Part shown: positions 55,655 through 64,000 of the stretch, one piece after another
Numbering within the stretch: the stretch's first letter is position 1
Layout of the letters: every line of letters begins with the position of its first letter
Assembly (NCBI GenBank): GCA_002320595.1
Contig: DCKB01000010.1
Span: forward strand, 3,305-67,304
DNA: 64,000 bases
DNA from: Christensenella sp. UBA1685
Lineage (GTDB): Bacteria; Bacillota; Clostridia; Christensenellales; CAG-138
Direction: 5' to 3'
Notes under the pieces: generated by a model
Database searches by the model: none
What the model saw: only the letters and a program-made list of their open reading frames with translations
What the model was told of the DNA's origin: nothing
Made by a program: the position numbers and the translations under genes

Positions 55655-57406
55655 ATGGATTTGTTTGGAGTTCTGACCTTATTTGGCGGGATTGCACTGT
55701 TCCTTTATGGCATGCGCGTTATGGGGGAAGGAATCGAGAAGCGCGCCGGGAAGCAGATGCGCATCATTTTGGAAAAGTTGACTGCAAACCCGCTCAAGAG
55801 CATTCTCCTCGGTGCGGCAGTGACGGCCATCATTCAAAGCTCGGCCGCAACGACGGTCATGGTCGTGGGCTTCGTCAATTCCGGCATTATGAAGCTGTCC
55901 CAGGCTACGGGCGTCATCATGGGCGCAAACCTCGGAACAACCATCACCGCCTGGATCTTAAGCCTTTCCGGCATCGAAGGCGAAAGCGTATTCGTTCAGC
56001 TTTTGAAGCCTTCCTCCTTCTCTCCGGTGCTTGCAATGGTTGGCGTTTCCTTCCTGCTGTTTTCCAAAAGCAACAAACGCAGGGATGTCGGCACGATTCT
56101 GCTCGGTTTTTCCATCCTCATGTTCGGCATGCAGACGATGAGCGGCGCTGTGGCCCCGCTTGCGGACATTCCGGAGTTTACGCGGATCCTGACGTTGTTT
56201 GAAAGCCCCATCCTCGGCGTGCTTACGGGCGCGGTTATCACTGCAATCATCCAAAGCTCCTCTGCCTCCGTTGGCATTCTGCAGGCGCTTTCGGCAACGG
56301 GAAGCGTTACGTTTTCTTCTGCGATTCCCATTATTCTCGGCATGAACATCGGCGCTTGCATCATCACGCTGCTCTCCTCCGTCGGCACCAGCCGCGAAGC
56401 GCGGCGCACAGCGCTCGTGCATTTGTATTTCAGCCTGATTGGAAAAGTGTTAGTGACCGCGCTGTTCATGCTCGCCAATGCGGCATTCCGTTTTTCCTTC
56501 ATGGAAACATCCGTCAATCCCGTTAGCATCGCCGTTATCCATTCAGCGCTCAACCTCATCAGCATTATTGTAATGCTGCCATTTATGCGCCAGCTCGAAC
56601 GCCTCGCCTGCTTCACCGTCAAAGGCAATACGGCTGCTGACGAGCAGGCCGTACTGCTGGATGAACGGTTCATGGCCACCCCCGGCCTTGCGGTTGACCG
56701 CAGTCGCGCATTGACCAAGGACATGTCCGATTGCTGCATTTCCATGTTCCGCGACGCGCTTTCGCTCATTCGGTATTATGACGCAAAAACTGCGCAAAGC
56801 ATTGCCGAAGCGGAAGAAAAGATCGACATTTACGAGGATCGCATCGGCACCTATCTCGTTGAACTTTCCGCAAAGAGCCTCACGCAAACCGATAACCGCG
56901 AAACGCAGAAGCTGCTGCACGCAATCGGAGATTTTGAGCGCATCGCAGACCATGCTTTGAACATTTCGGAATCCTGCGGCGAAATGCATGAAAAAGGGCT
57001 CTCTTTTTCAGCCTCCGCCCTCGATCAGCTTGATGTGATCATCGCCGCCGTCACAGAAGTGCTGGATCTTTCCACGCGCGCGTTCTTCAACGACGACGTT
57101 GCGCTTGCTGCGCGCGTTGAACCGTTGGAGGATGTTGTGGATGATCTGCGCGCGGAACTGAAAACACAGCATATCGAGCGCCTGCAGCGCGGCGGCTGCA
57201 CGATTGAGCTCGGCTTTATTTTCACCGATCTGCTTACAAATTTCGAGCGCATTTCCGACCATTGCAGCAACATCGCCGCTTATGTGATTCAAACCGCAAT
57301 GCATACCATGGCCATGCACGAATATATGCATGTGCTCAAGGATATGGACAGCGGTAGGTATGAAGGAATGCGTAAGGAATATTTGGAAAAATACAGACTG
57401 AATTGA
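55655..57406 (+). CDS. Na+/phosphate cotransporter family protein with PhoU-like domains
   Basis: ORF trimmed to ATG 55655. LFGGIALFLYGMRVMGEG...AIIQSSAATTVM and a second AIIQSSSASVGI repeat. C-terminal PhoU-like helices (ERIADHALNI, ERISDHCSNIA). Confidence 0.88.
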   Translation: MDLFGVLTLFGGIALFLYGMRVMGEGIEKRAGKQMRIILEKLTANPLKSILLGAAVTAIIQSSAATTVMVVGFVNSGIMKLSQATGVIMGANLGTTITAWILSLSGIEGESVFVQLLKPSSFSPVLAMVGVSFLLFSKSNKRRDVGTILLGFSILMFGMQTMSGAVAPLADIPEFTRILTLFESPILGVLTGAVITAIIQSSSASVGILQALSATGSVTFSSAIPIILGMNIGACIITLLSSVGTSREARRTALVHLYFSLIGKVLVTALFMLANAAFRFSFMETSVNPVSIAVIHSALNLISIIVMLPFMRQLERLACFTVKGNTAADEQAVLLDERFMATPGLAVDRSRALTKDMSDCCISMFRDALSLIRYYDAKTAQSIAEAEEKIDIYEDRIGTYLVELSAKSLTQTDNRETQKLLHAIGDFERIADHALNISESCGEMHEKGLSFSASALDQLDVIIAAVTEVLDLSTRAFFNDDVALAARVEPLEDVVDDLRAELKTQHIERLQRGGCTIELGFIFTDLLTNFERISDHCSNIAAYVIQTAMHTMAMHEYMHVLKDMDSGRYEGMRKEYLEKYRLN

Positions 57407-57459
57407 ATAAACGGAAACAGGATTTGCAGGAAGCGCCCCGTTTGGGGTGCTTTTGCGTG

Positions 57460-57490
57460 TCGAAAAAGTGGCTAATAGCCACTTTTTCGA
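57460..57490. terminator. 31-nt perfect palindrome (bidirectional terminator form) after the Na/Pi transporter gene
   Basis: TCGAAAAAGTGGCTA-A-TAGCCACTTTTTCGA. Confidence 0.6.
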
Positions 57491-57695
57491 GTTTTCACAG
57501 CGTTTACCTCTCGCCTCGCTCCCAGGCGGCAAACGCTGCAACGTGCGAAACCCCAAGGGGTTTCATCCGTTTCGGCGCGCATGTCGCCGAAGCCGGATGT
57601 AAGTCAAGGGCTGCGGCCCTTGACAATCCCGGTTTTTTTGACAGCCTGCGGCCGCCCCTCCCGGGGCGCTTTTTGCACCGCAAAAAGCCCGATGC

Positions 57696-58538
57696 TCACC
57701 CTTCCCGCACAACGGCGCTGCCGCCGACGCGGATGGAAACCGCGCCGTTTTCGCCTTGTGTGAGGCGGGAATAAACTTTTGAAGGCTTCTCCATGGCCTC
57801 CCCCTGCACGAACAGATTGGTTTTGCCGGGGAACACCAGTCCGCGGCGGTATAGATAATAGGTCAGCGCGCCGTTGGAGGTGCCCGTTGCAGACTCTTCG
57901 TCGATGCCGTAAAGCGGAGCAAAGTTGCGGCAATGCACCGCATCCTCCGCGCAGGCAAACGCATGCACCCCAGTGACCGAAAGCCGCTTTGAAAGCAGAG
58001 AGATCGCCTCCATGTCCGGTTTGAGCGCAGCAAGCAGCGCCGGGCGGGCAAGCGGCATCATGATGTCCGGCAGCCCGGTATCCACAATGGCGGGCCGGAG
58101 CGCGCCGAATGCATCCGCAGGCAGGCCGTACATCGCAAGCAGAGCCGCTTCGTCCGCTTCGGAAAGAGCGCCAAGTTCGCGGGGCGAAGCCATGTCAAGC
58201 CAAACGAGGCCGTCCGCGACATCCACGCGGATGTCGCCTGCGCCGGTTTCCGCAATATAGGTGCGTCCGCCTTCGATCAGCCCTTTCTGAAGCAACAGCG
58301 AGAACGAGCCGACCGTCGCATGCCCGCAAAGCGCGACCTCTTCCACCGGTGTAAAATAGCGCACCACAAAGCGCTCCGGCCCGATGCGGCGCAAAAAGGC
58401 GGTCTCCGAATAGCCCATCTGCGCGGCTACACGGCGCATTTCCTCCTCATCCGGCAGCGCGCCTTCAAAAAGCGCAACGCCGGCAGGGTTGCCGCCAAGC
58501 GGCACATCCGTAAACGCATCAACGGTGTATAGTTTCAT
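57696..58538 (-). CDS. PhzF-family isomerase
   Basis: ORF trimmed to ATG 58538 (AAGGAGG upstream). MKLYTVDAFT...GNPAGV...ETAF...CGHATV...DEESATGTSNGAL. Confidence 0.88.
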   Translation of the reverse strand: MKLYTVDAFTDVPLGGNPAGVALFEGALPDEEEMRRVAAQMGYSETAFLRRIGPERFVVRYFTPVEEVALCGHATVGSFSLLLQKGLIEGGRTYIAETGAGDIRVDVADGLVWLDMASPRELGALSEADEAALLAMYGLPADAFGALRPAIVDTGLPDIMMPLARPALLAALKPDMEAISLLSKRLSVTGVHAFACAEDAVHCRNFAPLYGIDEESATGTSNGALTYYLYRRGLVFPGKTNLFVQGEAMEKPSKVYSRLTQGENGAVSIRVGGSAVVREG

Positions 58539-58600
58539 GGGTTCCTCCTTAGCCAAATGAACTGTTTCACCGATATAAGTTTATCATAAAAGCAGCGCTA

Positions 58601-58629
58601 TTGACAGTGAAATGCGATTCCGTTATTAT
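58601..58629 (+). promoter_or_regulatory. feoAB promoter
   Basis: TTGACA (58601..58606), 17 bp, TATTAT (58624..58629). Confidence 0.55.
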
Positions 58630-58707
58630 TGAAATTGAATTTGATTGCGCTAACCCGGTCCGAAGCCCGGGCTACCCAGCCATTTGGAAAGAGGCGGAAA
58701 ACCGAAT

Positions 58708-61248
58708 ATGGAACAAAAAAAGAGAAGGGCTCTGTGCGATCTAAAAATCGGTGAAAGCGGGCATGTATACGCCGTAAATGCGACGGATCAACGGATGCGG
58801 CGGCACATCGTGGACATGGGGATCACGCCCGGTACGGAAATTCGTATCGTAAAAGCTGCGCCGATGGGGGATCCGATTGAGATCGCTCTGCGCGGATACT
58901 CCATGTCTCTGCGCAAAGCGGATGCGGCCACCATCCTTCTGATGGAAGAAGCGGAGCACGAAACATTTCATAAAAGCGTGGAAAGGGCGCGTGCGGAACA
59001 TGAGGCGCACGCGCATGCACTGCTTGCGGAAAAGCAGCATCCAAGCAATACGGACAAAGAAGGCCATGCCCGTGCGGCAATGCTTACAGGCTTCATGTTA
59101 GAGCACGGCACCTGCTGTGATCTGAAGAACGGTGCGCTCTGTTCCCGGGAAGTATTTGACGATGGCGAGCCGGTTCGCCTTGCGCTTGCAGGCAACCCGA
59201 ACTGTGGAAAAACGACGCTCTTTAATGCGATGACCGGCGGAAAGGAATATGTCGGAAACTGGCCAGGCGTAACGGTTGAAAAAAAAGAAGGCAAAATCAA
59301 GTCCGTTGCAGGCACGGACGGTGAAGCGCTCTGCACGCATGGGCACGAGATGACGCTTGTAGACCTGCCCGGCATCTATTCGCTTTCCCCTTACTCAATG
59401 GAAGAGGTCGTGGCGCGGGATTATATCATCAATGAAAGGCCGGATGCCATCATCAACATTGTGGACGGCACAAACCTGGAGCGCAATTTATACCTGACCG
59501 TACAGCTTCTCGAGTTGGAGCGGCCGATGATCATCGCCCTGAACATGATGGATGAAGTGGCAAAAAACGGGGATACAATCGATTGCAAGCGCCTTGCTCT
59601 TGAGCTTGGCATCCCGGTGGTGCCAATCAGCGCGCGCACGGGGCAAGGGATAGACGAACTGATCAAAAGCGCGCAAAAGCTCATCTATGCAGCGCATACG
59701 CAGCTTCACGAGGGCTTCCATATCGAGCCGGACGACGTATACGACGATTATACCCACATGCAGCACCACCGCATCGGCGAGCTGGTTGAGCCCTATGCCA
59801 AAGCGGCGGGGCTTCCCCTTCACTGGACCGAAATCAAGCTCCTTGAAGGGGATGACCGCGTGCGCGATGCGTTAAACCTGCCGGAGGACACGGCGGCGCA
59901 GGTCGATGCAATCGTGCGGGATTATGCGGCCGCAAACCCGGTGGGCGACAACGAAAGCACCGTAGCGGACAGCCGGTACCGCTACATTGAACGCGTAACG
60001 GCCGCAGCGCTTACGCGCGGCAAAAAGGATGCGGCACTTGAGCGCAGCGCGAAGATCGATGCGCTGCTGACCCATAAGGTATGGGCGATCCCCGTGTTTC
60101 TTCTCATTATGGCCGCAATTTTCGCACTGACGTTTTCAACGCTTGGCGCATTCCTTTCAGACGGCGTCGGCATGCTGATCGACGATGGCCTTGCCCCGCT
60201 TGTGCGCGCGGCGCTCGTACCCGCGCCCGCGTGGTTCACAAGCCTTGTGTGCGATGGAATCATCAAGGGCGTGGGCGGCGTGCTTACGTTTTTGCCGCAG
60301 ATCGCGCTGCTGTTCCTCTGCCTTTCCATTTTGGAGGACAGCGGCTACATGAGCCGCATCGCGTTCATTATGGATCAGCCCATGCGCCGCTTCGGCCTTT
60401 CCGGGAAAAGCTTCATCCCGCTGTTGATGGGCTTTGGCTGCACCGTTCCGGCCACGATGGGCGCGCGCACCATGGATAACGACCGCGACCGTCGCATAAC
60501 CGTGCTCCTGCTGCCGTTCATGAGCTGTTCCGCAAAGCTGCCGGTTTACGGCCTGCTTGCGGGTGCGTTCTTCCCGCGATACCGTGGAATCGTGATTTTC
60601 AGCCTGTACATCCTCGGCGTCGCGCTCGGCATCCTTTCCGGCCTTCTGTTTAAAAGGACCATGTTCACCGGCGAGGAAGCTCCTTTTGTGATTGAACTTC
60701 CACCCTACCGCATGCCGAGCGCAAAAAACGTGCTTACGCATGTTTGGGAGCGCGTTTCGCACTTCCTGGAAAAGGCGGGGACGATTATTTTCGCCATGAG
60801 TGTGCTGCTCTGGTTCCTTGAAAGCTTCAATTTTTCGTTCCAGATGGTGGAAAATGCGGGGGACAGCATCATCGGCCGTATCGGCTCACTGATTGCCCCG
60901 GTGTTTACGCCGCTTGGCTTCGGCACCTGGCAGGCGGCCGTCGCACTGATCACAGGCATCGTGGCCAAGGAAGCGGTGGTCAGTTCCCTTGCGATGTTCT
61001 ATGGTTTCTCTGTGAGCGCGGAAAGCGCTGTTGTGGGCAGCGCGCTTGCAGGCACGTTCACACCGCTTGCCGCATACAGCTTCCTCGTGTTCGTGCTGCT
61101 GTACACGCCCTGCATGGCCGCCGTTGCCACCATGCGGCGCGAGCTCGCCAGCCGCAAGTGGACGGCGTTCGCCGTGGTTTACCAGATCGGCATTGCGTAC
61201 ATCGCGGCGCTTCTGACGTATTTTATCGGCAGCTTTTTCGCAGGCTAA
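58708..61248 (+). CDS. feoB: Fused FeoA-FeoB ferrous iron transporter
   Basis: ORF trimmed to ATG 58708. N-terminal FeoA (LKIGESGHVYAV...RRHIVDMGITPGTEIRIV). G-domain LAGNPNCGKTTLFNAMTG...DLPGIYSL. Polytopic permease. Confidence 0.93.
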   Translation: MEQKKRRALCDLKIGESGHVYAVNATDQRMRRHIVDMGITPGTEIRIVKAAPMGDPIEIALRGYSMSLRKADAATILLMEEAEHETFHKSVERARAEHEAHAHALLAEKQHPSNTDKEGHARAAMLTGFMLEHGTCCDLKNGALCSREVFDDGEPVRLALAGNPNCGKTTLFNAMTGGKEYVGNWPGVTVEKKEGKIKSVAGTDGEALCTHGHEMTLVDLPGIYSLSPYSMEEVVARDYIINERPDAIINIVDGTNLERNLYLTVQLLELERPMIIALNMMDEVAKNGDTIDCKRLALELGIPVVPISARTGQGIDELIKSAQKLIYAAHTQLHEGFHIEPDDVYDDYTHMQHHRIGELVEPYAKAAGLPLHWTEIKLLEGDDRVRDALNLPEDTAAQVDAIVRDYAAANPVGDNESTVADSRYRYIERVTAAALTRGKKDAALERSAKIDALLTHKVWAIPVFLLIMAAIFALTFSTLGAFLSDGVGMLIDDGLAPLVRAALVPAPAWFTSLVCDGIIKGVGGVLTFLPQIALLFLCLSILEDSGYMSRIAFIMDQPMRRFGLSGKSFIPLLMGFGCTVPATMGARTMDNDRDRRITVLLLPFMSCSAKLPVYGLLAGAFFPRYRGIVIFSLYILGVALGILSGLLFKRTMFTGEEAPFVIELPPYRMPSAKNVLTHVWERVSHFLEKAGTIIFAMSVLLWFLESFNFSFQMVENAGDSIIGRIGSLIAPVFTPLGFGTWQAAVALITGIVAKEAVVSSLAMFYGFSVSAESAVVGSALAGTFTPLAAYSFLVFVLLYTPCMAAVATMRRELASRKWTAFAVVYQIGIAYIAALLTYFIGSFFAG

Positions 61249-61252
61249 GGCT

Positions 61253-61450
61253 ATGGAATTCATTTGGTATCTTCTTGCGGGCGCAGCGCTCGTTTACAGC
61301 ATTTTCTGCCTGATCCGGCATCTGCGGCGCAGGCGTCTGGGCTGCTCCTGTGCTTCCGGTGCATGCAAAGGTTGCAGCCGCGCCGCAGAGTGTTCACAAA
61401 AAAATCCAAATGGAAGCAGGAATTTGTGCTATACTAAACGAAAGAAATAA
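61253..61450 (+). CDS. FeoB-associated Cys-rich small membrane protein
   Basis: One TM segment (IWYLLAGAALVYSIFCLI), then RRRRLGCSCASGACKGCS, immediately after feoB. Confidence 0.65.
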   Translation: MEFIWYLLAGAALVYSIFCLIRHLRRRRLGCSCASGACKGCSRAAECSQKNPNGSRNLCYTKRKK

Positions 61451-61494
61451 GCAGCACAGGACATTGGATCCGGTGCGTGAAAGGGGTAAGAAGG

Positions 61495-62037
61495 ATGCGT
61501 ATCACAATCACCGGCAAGAACATCGAAGTTTCTGATTACCTGAACGATCTCGTCATCAAAAAGGTAAGCAAGCTGGACAAGTATTTCCCCGAGGATACCG
61601 AGGCACATGTCACGTTGGCGGTGGAACGCAACCGCCATATCGTAGAAGTCACCATCCCCTATACCGGCGGCATCATCCGCGGTGAAGAGACTTCCGGCGA
61701 CATGTATGCTTCCATCGATAACGTTCTCGCCAAGTTGGAAAAGCAGATTATGCGGCACCGCACCAAGCTGGAAAAGAGCCTGCGAGCGGGCGCGTTCAAA
61801 GCGCCGGAACCCGTGTTTGCGGATTCGTTCAGCGCGGATGAGGACGAAATGGAAGAAGCGCCGCGCGTAGTAAAGGTTAAGCGCTTCGACATCAAGCCCA
61901 TGACCGTGGAAGAGGCTATGCTTCAGCTTGAATTGCTCGGCCACTCGTTCTATATGTTCACCAACGGCGATTCCGGCCAGATCAACGTCATCTATAAGCG
62001 CAAGGATGGTAATTTTGGCCTCATCGAGCCCGAATAA
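61495..62037 (+). CDS. hpf: Ribosome hibernation promoting factor (long HPF)
   Basis: ORF trimmed to ATG 61495. MRITITGKNIEVSDYL...KLDKYF...; C-terminal dimerisation domain KPMTVEEAMLQLELLGHSFYMFTN. Confidence 0.93.
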   Translation: MRITITGKNIEVSDYLNDLVIKKVSKLDKYFPEDTEAHVTLAVERNRHIVEVTIPYTGGIIRGEETSGDMYASIDNVLAKLEKQIMRHRTKLEKSLRAGAFKAPEPVFADSFSADEDEMEEAPRVVKVKRFDIKPMTVEEAMLQLELLGHSFYMFTNGDSGQINVIYKRKDGNFGLIEPE

Positions 62038-62073
62038 ACCCGGGGCTCATTATAAAAGAAACAAAAAGCATTG

Positions 62074-62101
62074 GGCCGCTCCTTTTCGGAGCGGCCTTTT
62101 T
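62074..62101 (+). terminator. Terminator after hpf
   Basis: GGCCGCTCC-TTTTC-GGAGCGGCC followed by TTTTT. Confidence 0.85.
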
Positions 62102-62114
62102 GCGCTTGCATGGC

Positions 62115-62143
62115 TTGCAACGCAGAAAGAAGGATGGTATAAT
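62115..62143 (+). promoter_or_regulatory. Promoter of the AbrB-like / ABC-2 operon
   Basis: TTGCAA (62115..62120), 17 bp, TATAAT (62138..62143). Confidence 0.6.
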
Positions 62144-62201
62144 TAAGGATATAAGTATAACTAGTATGACTAAACATACTTTCAGAAAAGGAGGATGCGC
62201 T

Positions 62202-62438
62202 ATGCTGAAAGGGCCGGAGGGCAAGTGTATTTTCGGCACGGTGAAGGTGGGCGAAAAGGGGCAGATCGTGATCCCAAAGGAAGCGCGGGAGATGTTCGGC
62301 ATCAAGCCCGGGGATCTGCTTCTGCTGCTGGGGGATGAAAAGCAGGGAATCGCAATCGTAAAAAACGAAATCTTCATGCAATTTGCGCAATACATATTGA
62401 ACGCGCCGCTCTGCGGCGAGAAAGAGGAAGAAGAATGA
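62202..62438 (+). CDS. AbrB/MazE/SpoVT-family DNA-binding protein
   Basis: ORF trimmed to ATG 62202 (GGAGG upstream). GTVKVGEKGQIVIPKEAREMFGIKPGDLLLLLGD (SpoVT-AbrB swapped-hairpin motif). Confidence 0.8.
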   Translation: MLKGPEGKCIFGTVKVGEKGQIVIPKEAREMFGIKPGDLLLLLGDEKQGIAIVKNEIFMQFAQYILNAPLCGEKEEEE

Positions 62439-63178
62439 ACGCGATTGAAACCACGGGGCTGACAAAACGCTTCCGTGGGCGCACAGCCGTGGACGATCTG
62501 AACCTTACCATTGCGCAAGGCGAGTTTTTCGCGTTGCTTGGGCAGAACGGCGCGGGCAAAACCACGACCATCCGCATGTTGACCTGCCTGCTTGCGCCAA
62601 GCGCCGGGGATGCGCTTTTGATGGGCGAAAGCATTGCCCGCAATGCGGAAGCCGCAAAAGCGCACAGCAACCTTTCCCCACAGGAAACAGCCATTGCCCA
62701 AAACCTGACCGTACGGGAAAACCTGATGCTCATTGCGCGGCTTTACGGTGCAAACAAGGCCGATGCTGCGGGGCAGGCAGAAGCAGCCATGCGGGAATTC
62801 GGCCTTTCCGCGCGCGCACGGGACCGGGCGAAAACCCTTTCCGGCGGCATGCAGCGGCGGCTTTCCATCGCCATGGCGCTGATTACGAAACCGAACGTCC
62901 TGTTTCTGGACGAACCGACGCTTGGGCTGGATGTGCGCGCCCGGCGCGAGCTTTGGAAAACCATTTCGGCACTCAAGGGCAAAGTGACCGTTGTGCTGAC
63001 GACGCATTACTTGGAAGAAGCCGAAGCGCTTGCCGACCGGATCGGCATCATGCATGAAGGAAGGCTTCAGGCGCTCGGTACGGCTGCGGAGCTTTGCGCC
63101 AAAGCAAACGCAACGAACTTTGAGGATGCGTTCTTGGCCCTTACGGAAAGCGAAGCGGAAACGGAGGCTGCATTATGA
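62435..63178 (+). CDS. ABC transporter ATP-binding protein
   Basis: Walker A GQNGAGKTT, signature LSGGMQRRL, Walker B VLFLDEPTLGLD. Confidence 0.93.
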   Translation: MNAIETTGLTKRFRGRTAVDDLNLTIAQGEFFALLGQNGAGKTTTIRMLTCLLAPSAGDALLMGESIARNAEAAKAHSNLSPQETAIAQNLTVRENLMLIARLYGANKADAAGQAEAAMREFGLSARARDRAKTLSGGMQRRLSIAMALITKPNVLFLDEPTLGLDVRARRELWKTISALKGKVTVVLTTHYLEEAEALADRIGIMHEGRLQALGTAAELCAKANATNFEDAFLALTESEAETEAAL

Positions 63179-63906
63179 ACAGGATGCTTGCATTGGCTGG
63201 GCGCACCGGCAAGGAGCTTTTGCGCGACCCGGTTACGCTCGTATTTGGCGTGGGGCTGCCCCTGTTTCTCCTCGTTTTGATGTCCGTTATTCAGAACAAC
63301 GTGCCCGTGGAAATTTTTGCCATAGGGCAGCTTGCCCCGGGCATGGCGGCGTTCAGCCTGTCGTTTGTTTCCATGTTTGCGGCAATCCTGCTTGCCAAGG
63401 ATAAAAGCACCTCCTTCCTACTGCGCGTGTTCGCATCGCCCGCACTGCCGCGCGAATACATTCTCGGCTATGCGCTGCCGATGCTCCCTATCGGTGCTGC
63501 ACAATGCGCCGTGTGCTTCCTGACGGCGTTCTGCTTCGGCCTTGCGCCAAGCTGGAACATCCTGCTCGCCATGCTGGTTTTGTTGCCCACAGCGGCGCTT
63601 TACATCGCCTTTGGGCTGCTTTTCGGCGTGCTTCTCACGGATAAACAGGCCGCGCCGATTAATTCCATTCTCGTGAACGTAGCAGCGCTCCTTGGCGGCA
63701 CCTGGTTTGATCTTACGCTTGTCGGCGGCACTTTCAAAAAGATCTGCACCCTGCTTCCCTTCGTGCATGCAACGGAATCCGCGCGCGCCGCGCTCGCGGG
63801 GAATTATGCGGCCATCCTGCCGCACCTTGCCTGGGTTTCCGGATGGGCGGCGCTGCTTCTTGTGGCGGCTGTACTGCTGTTCAAAAAGAAGATGCGGGAA
63901 AATTGA
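63175..63906 (+). CDS. ABC-2 type transporter permease
   Basis: Six hydrophobic segments. Overlaps the ATPase gene stop by 4 nt. Confidence 0.8.
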   Translation: MNRMLALAGRTGKELLRDPVTLVFGVGLPLFLLVLMSVIQNNVPVEIFAIGQLAPGMAAFSLSFVSMFAAILLAKDKSTSFLLRVFASPALPREYILGYALPMLPIGAAQCAVCFLTAFCFGLAPSWNILLAMLVLLPTAALYIAFGLLFGVLLTDKQAAPINSILVNVAALLGGTWFDLTLVGGTFKKICTLLPFVHATESARAALAGNYAAILPHLAWVSGWAALLLVAAVLLFKKKMREN

Positions 63907-64000
63907 CGGAGCGATCCGAAAAAGCCGGGATACGCCCCGGCTCGCTGATTCACTTGCAATGAATCCGCCCCGCAGGAACTCTGCCGGGCGGATTATGGTT

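Noticed and set aside
57407-57695. Considered whether the structured intergenic region is a 6S RNA or another known housekeeping RNA.
   Set aside because: I could not identify the long closing stem and central bubble typical of 6S RNA, nor any conserved motif. It is kept only as an unexplained-structure finding.
58630-58660. Possible Fur box (TGAAATTGAATTTGATTG) downstream of the feoAB -10 element.
   Set aside because: It is AT-rich but not convincingly palindromic, and it matches the 7-1-7 TGATAAT-N-ATTATCA consensus poorly. Not reported as a feature.
62144-62201. AAGTAT...ATACTT inverted repeat between the promoter and the AbrB-like gene, as a possible operator.
   Set aside because: The arms are only 6 bp and widely spaced, which is too weak to call.
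1-64000. Searched by eye for CRISPR arrays, rRNA/tRNA genes, IS elements, integrases and known defence genes (RT, Cas, restriction/ATPase-nuclease pairs).
   Set aside because: None found. The only repeats I recognised are the 208-bp leader duplication, the EamA paralogs and short hairpins or tandem 9-mers.

Overview
GC-rich chromosome segment (60-nt lines I sampled by hand are 55-70% GC). It looks like a spore-forming Clostridia-type Firmicute, possibly Oscillospirales; that placement rests only on gene content and composition. About 65 protein genes, mostly on the minus strand, and mostly housekeeping genes in Bacillus-like synteny. In order: secA (partial); two tandem EamA transporters; DUF218, radical-SAM and phosphoesterase genes; spoVAC-AD-AE; division cluster (HlyD-like, ylmE/yggS, sepF, DivIVA-domain gene); M16 peptidase, deacetylase, pnp; iscR-nifS-nifU; glyA; proS; M20 amidohydrolase; trxA; aspS-hisS with a T-box leader; GAF, hemZ, MBL, dtd, relA, apt, recJ; SCIFF RiPP pair scfA/scfB; yajC; GNAT, DUF2156, ispDF, S4; prsA-like, mfd, pth; Na/Pi transporter; phzF; feoAB; hpf; AbrB-like gene plus ABC-2 exporter. 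No rRNA, tRNA, CRISPR array, transposase or integrase was recognised. The most unusual feature is at 31.3-34.0 kb. A 208-bp direct repeat (2 mismatches) duplicates the hisS-aspS promoter and the 5' half of its T-box leader. The two copies bracket a 2.25-kb cassette encoding a low-GC secreted Cys-His amidase-domain protein and a coupled lipoprotein. This leaves an orphan consensus promoter plus truncated T-box pointing antisense into the cassette. Other items worth a second look: a DivIVA-GNAT fusion in the divIVA slot, two unannotated micro-ORFs leading the spoVA operon, a secreted protein paired with a TraX-like gene, an AT-shifted XRE islet where secDF would be expected, and a hairpin-dense 290-bp convergent intergenic region. 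All family names come from motif recognition by eye; no searches were run.
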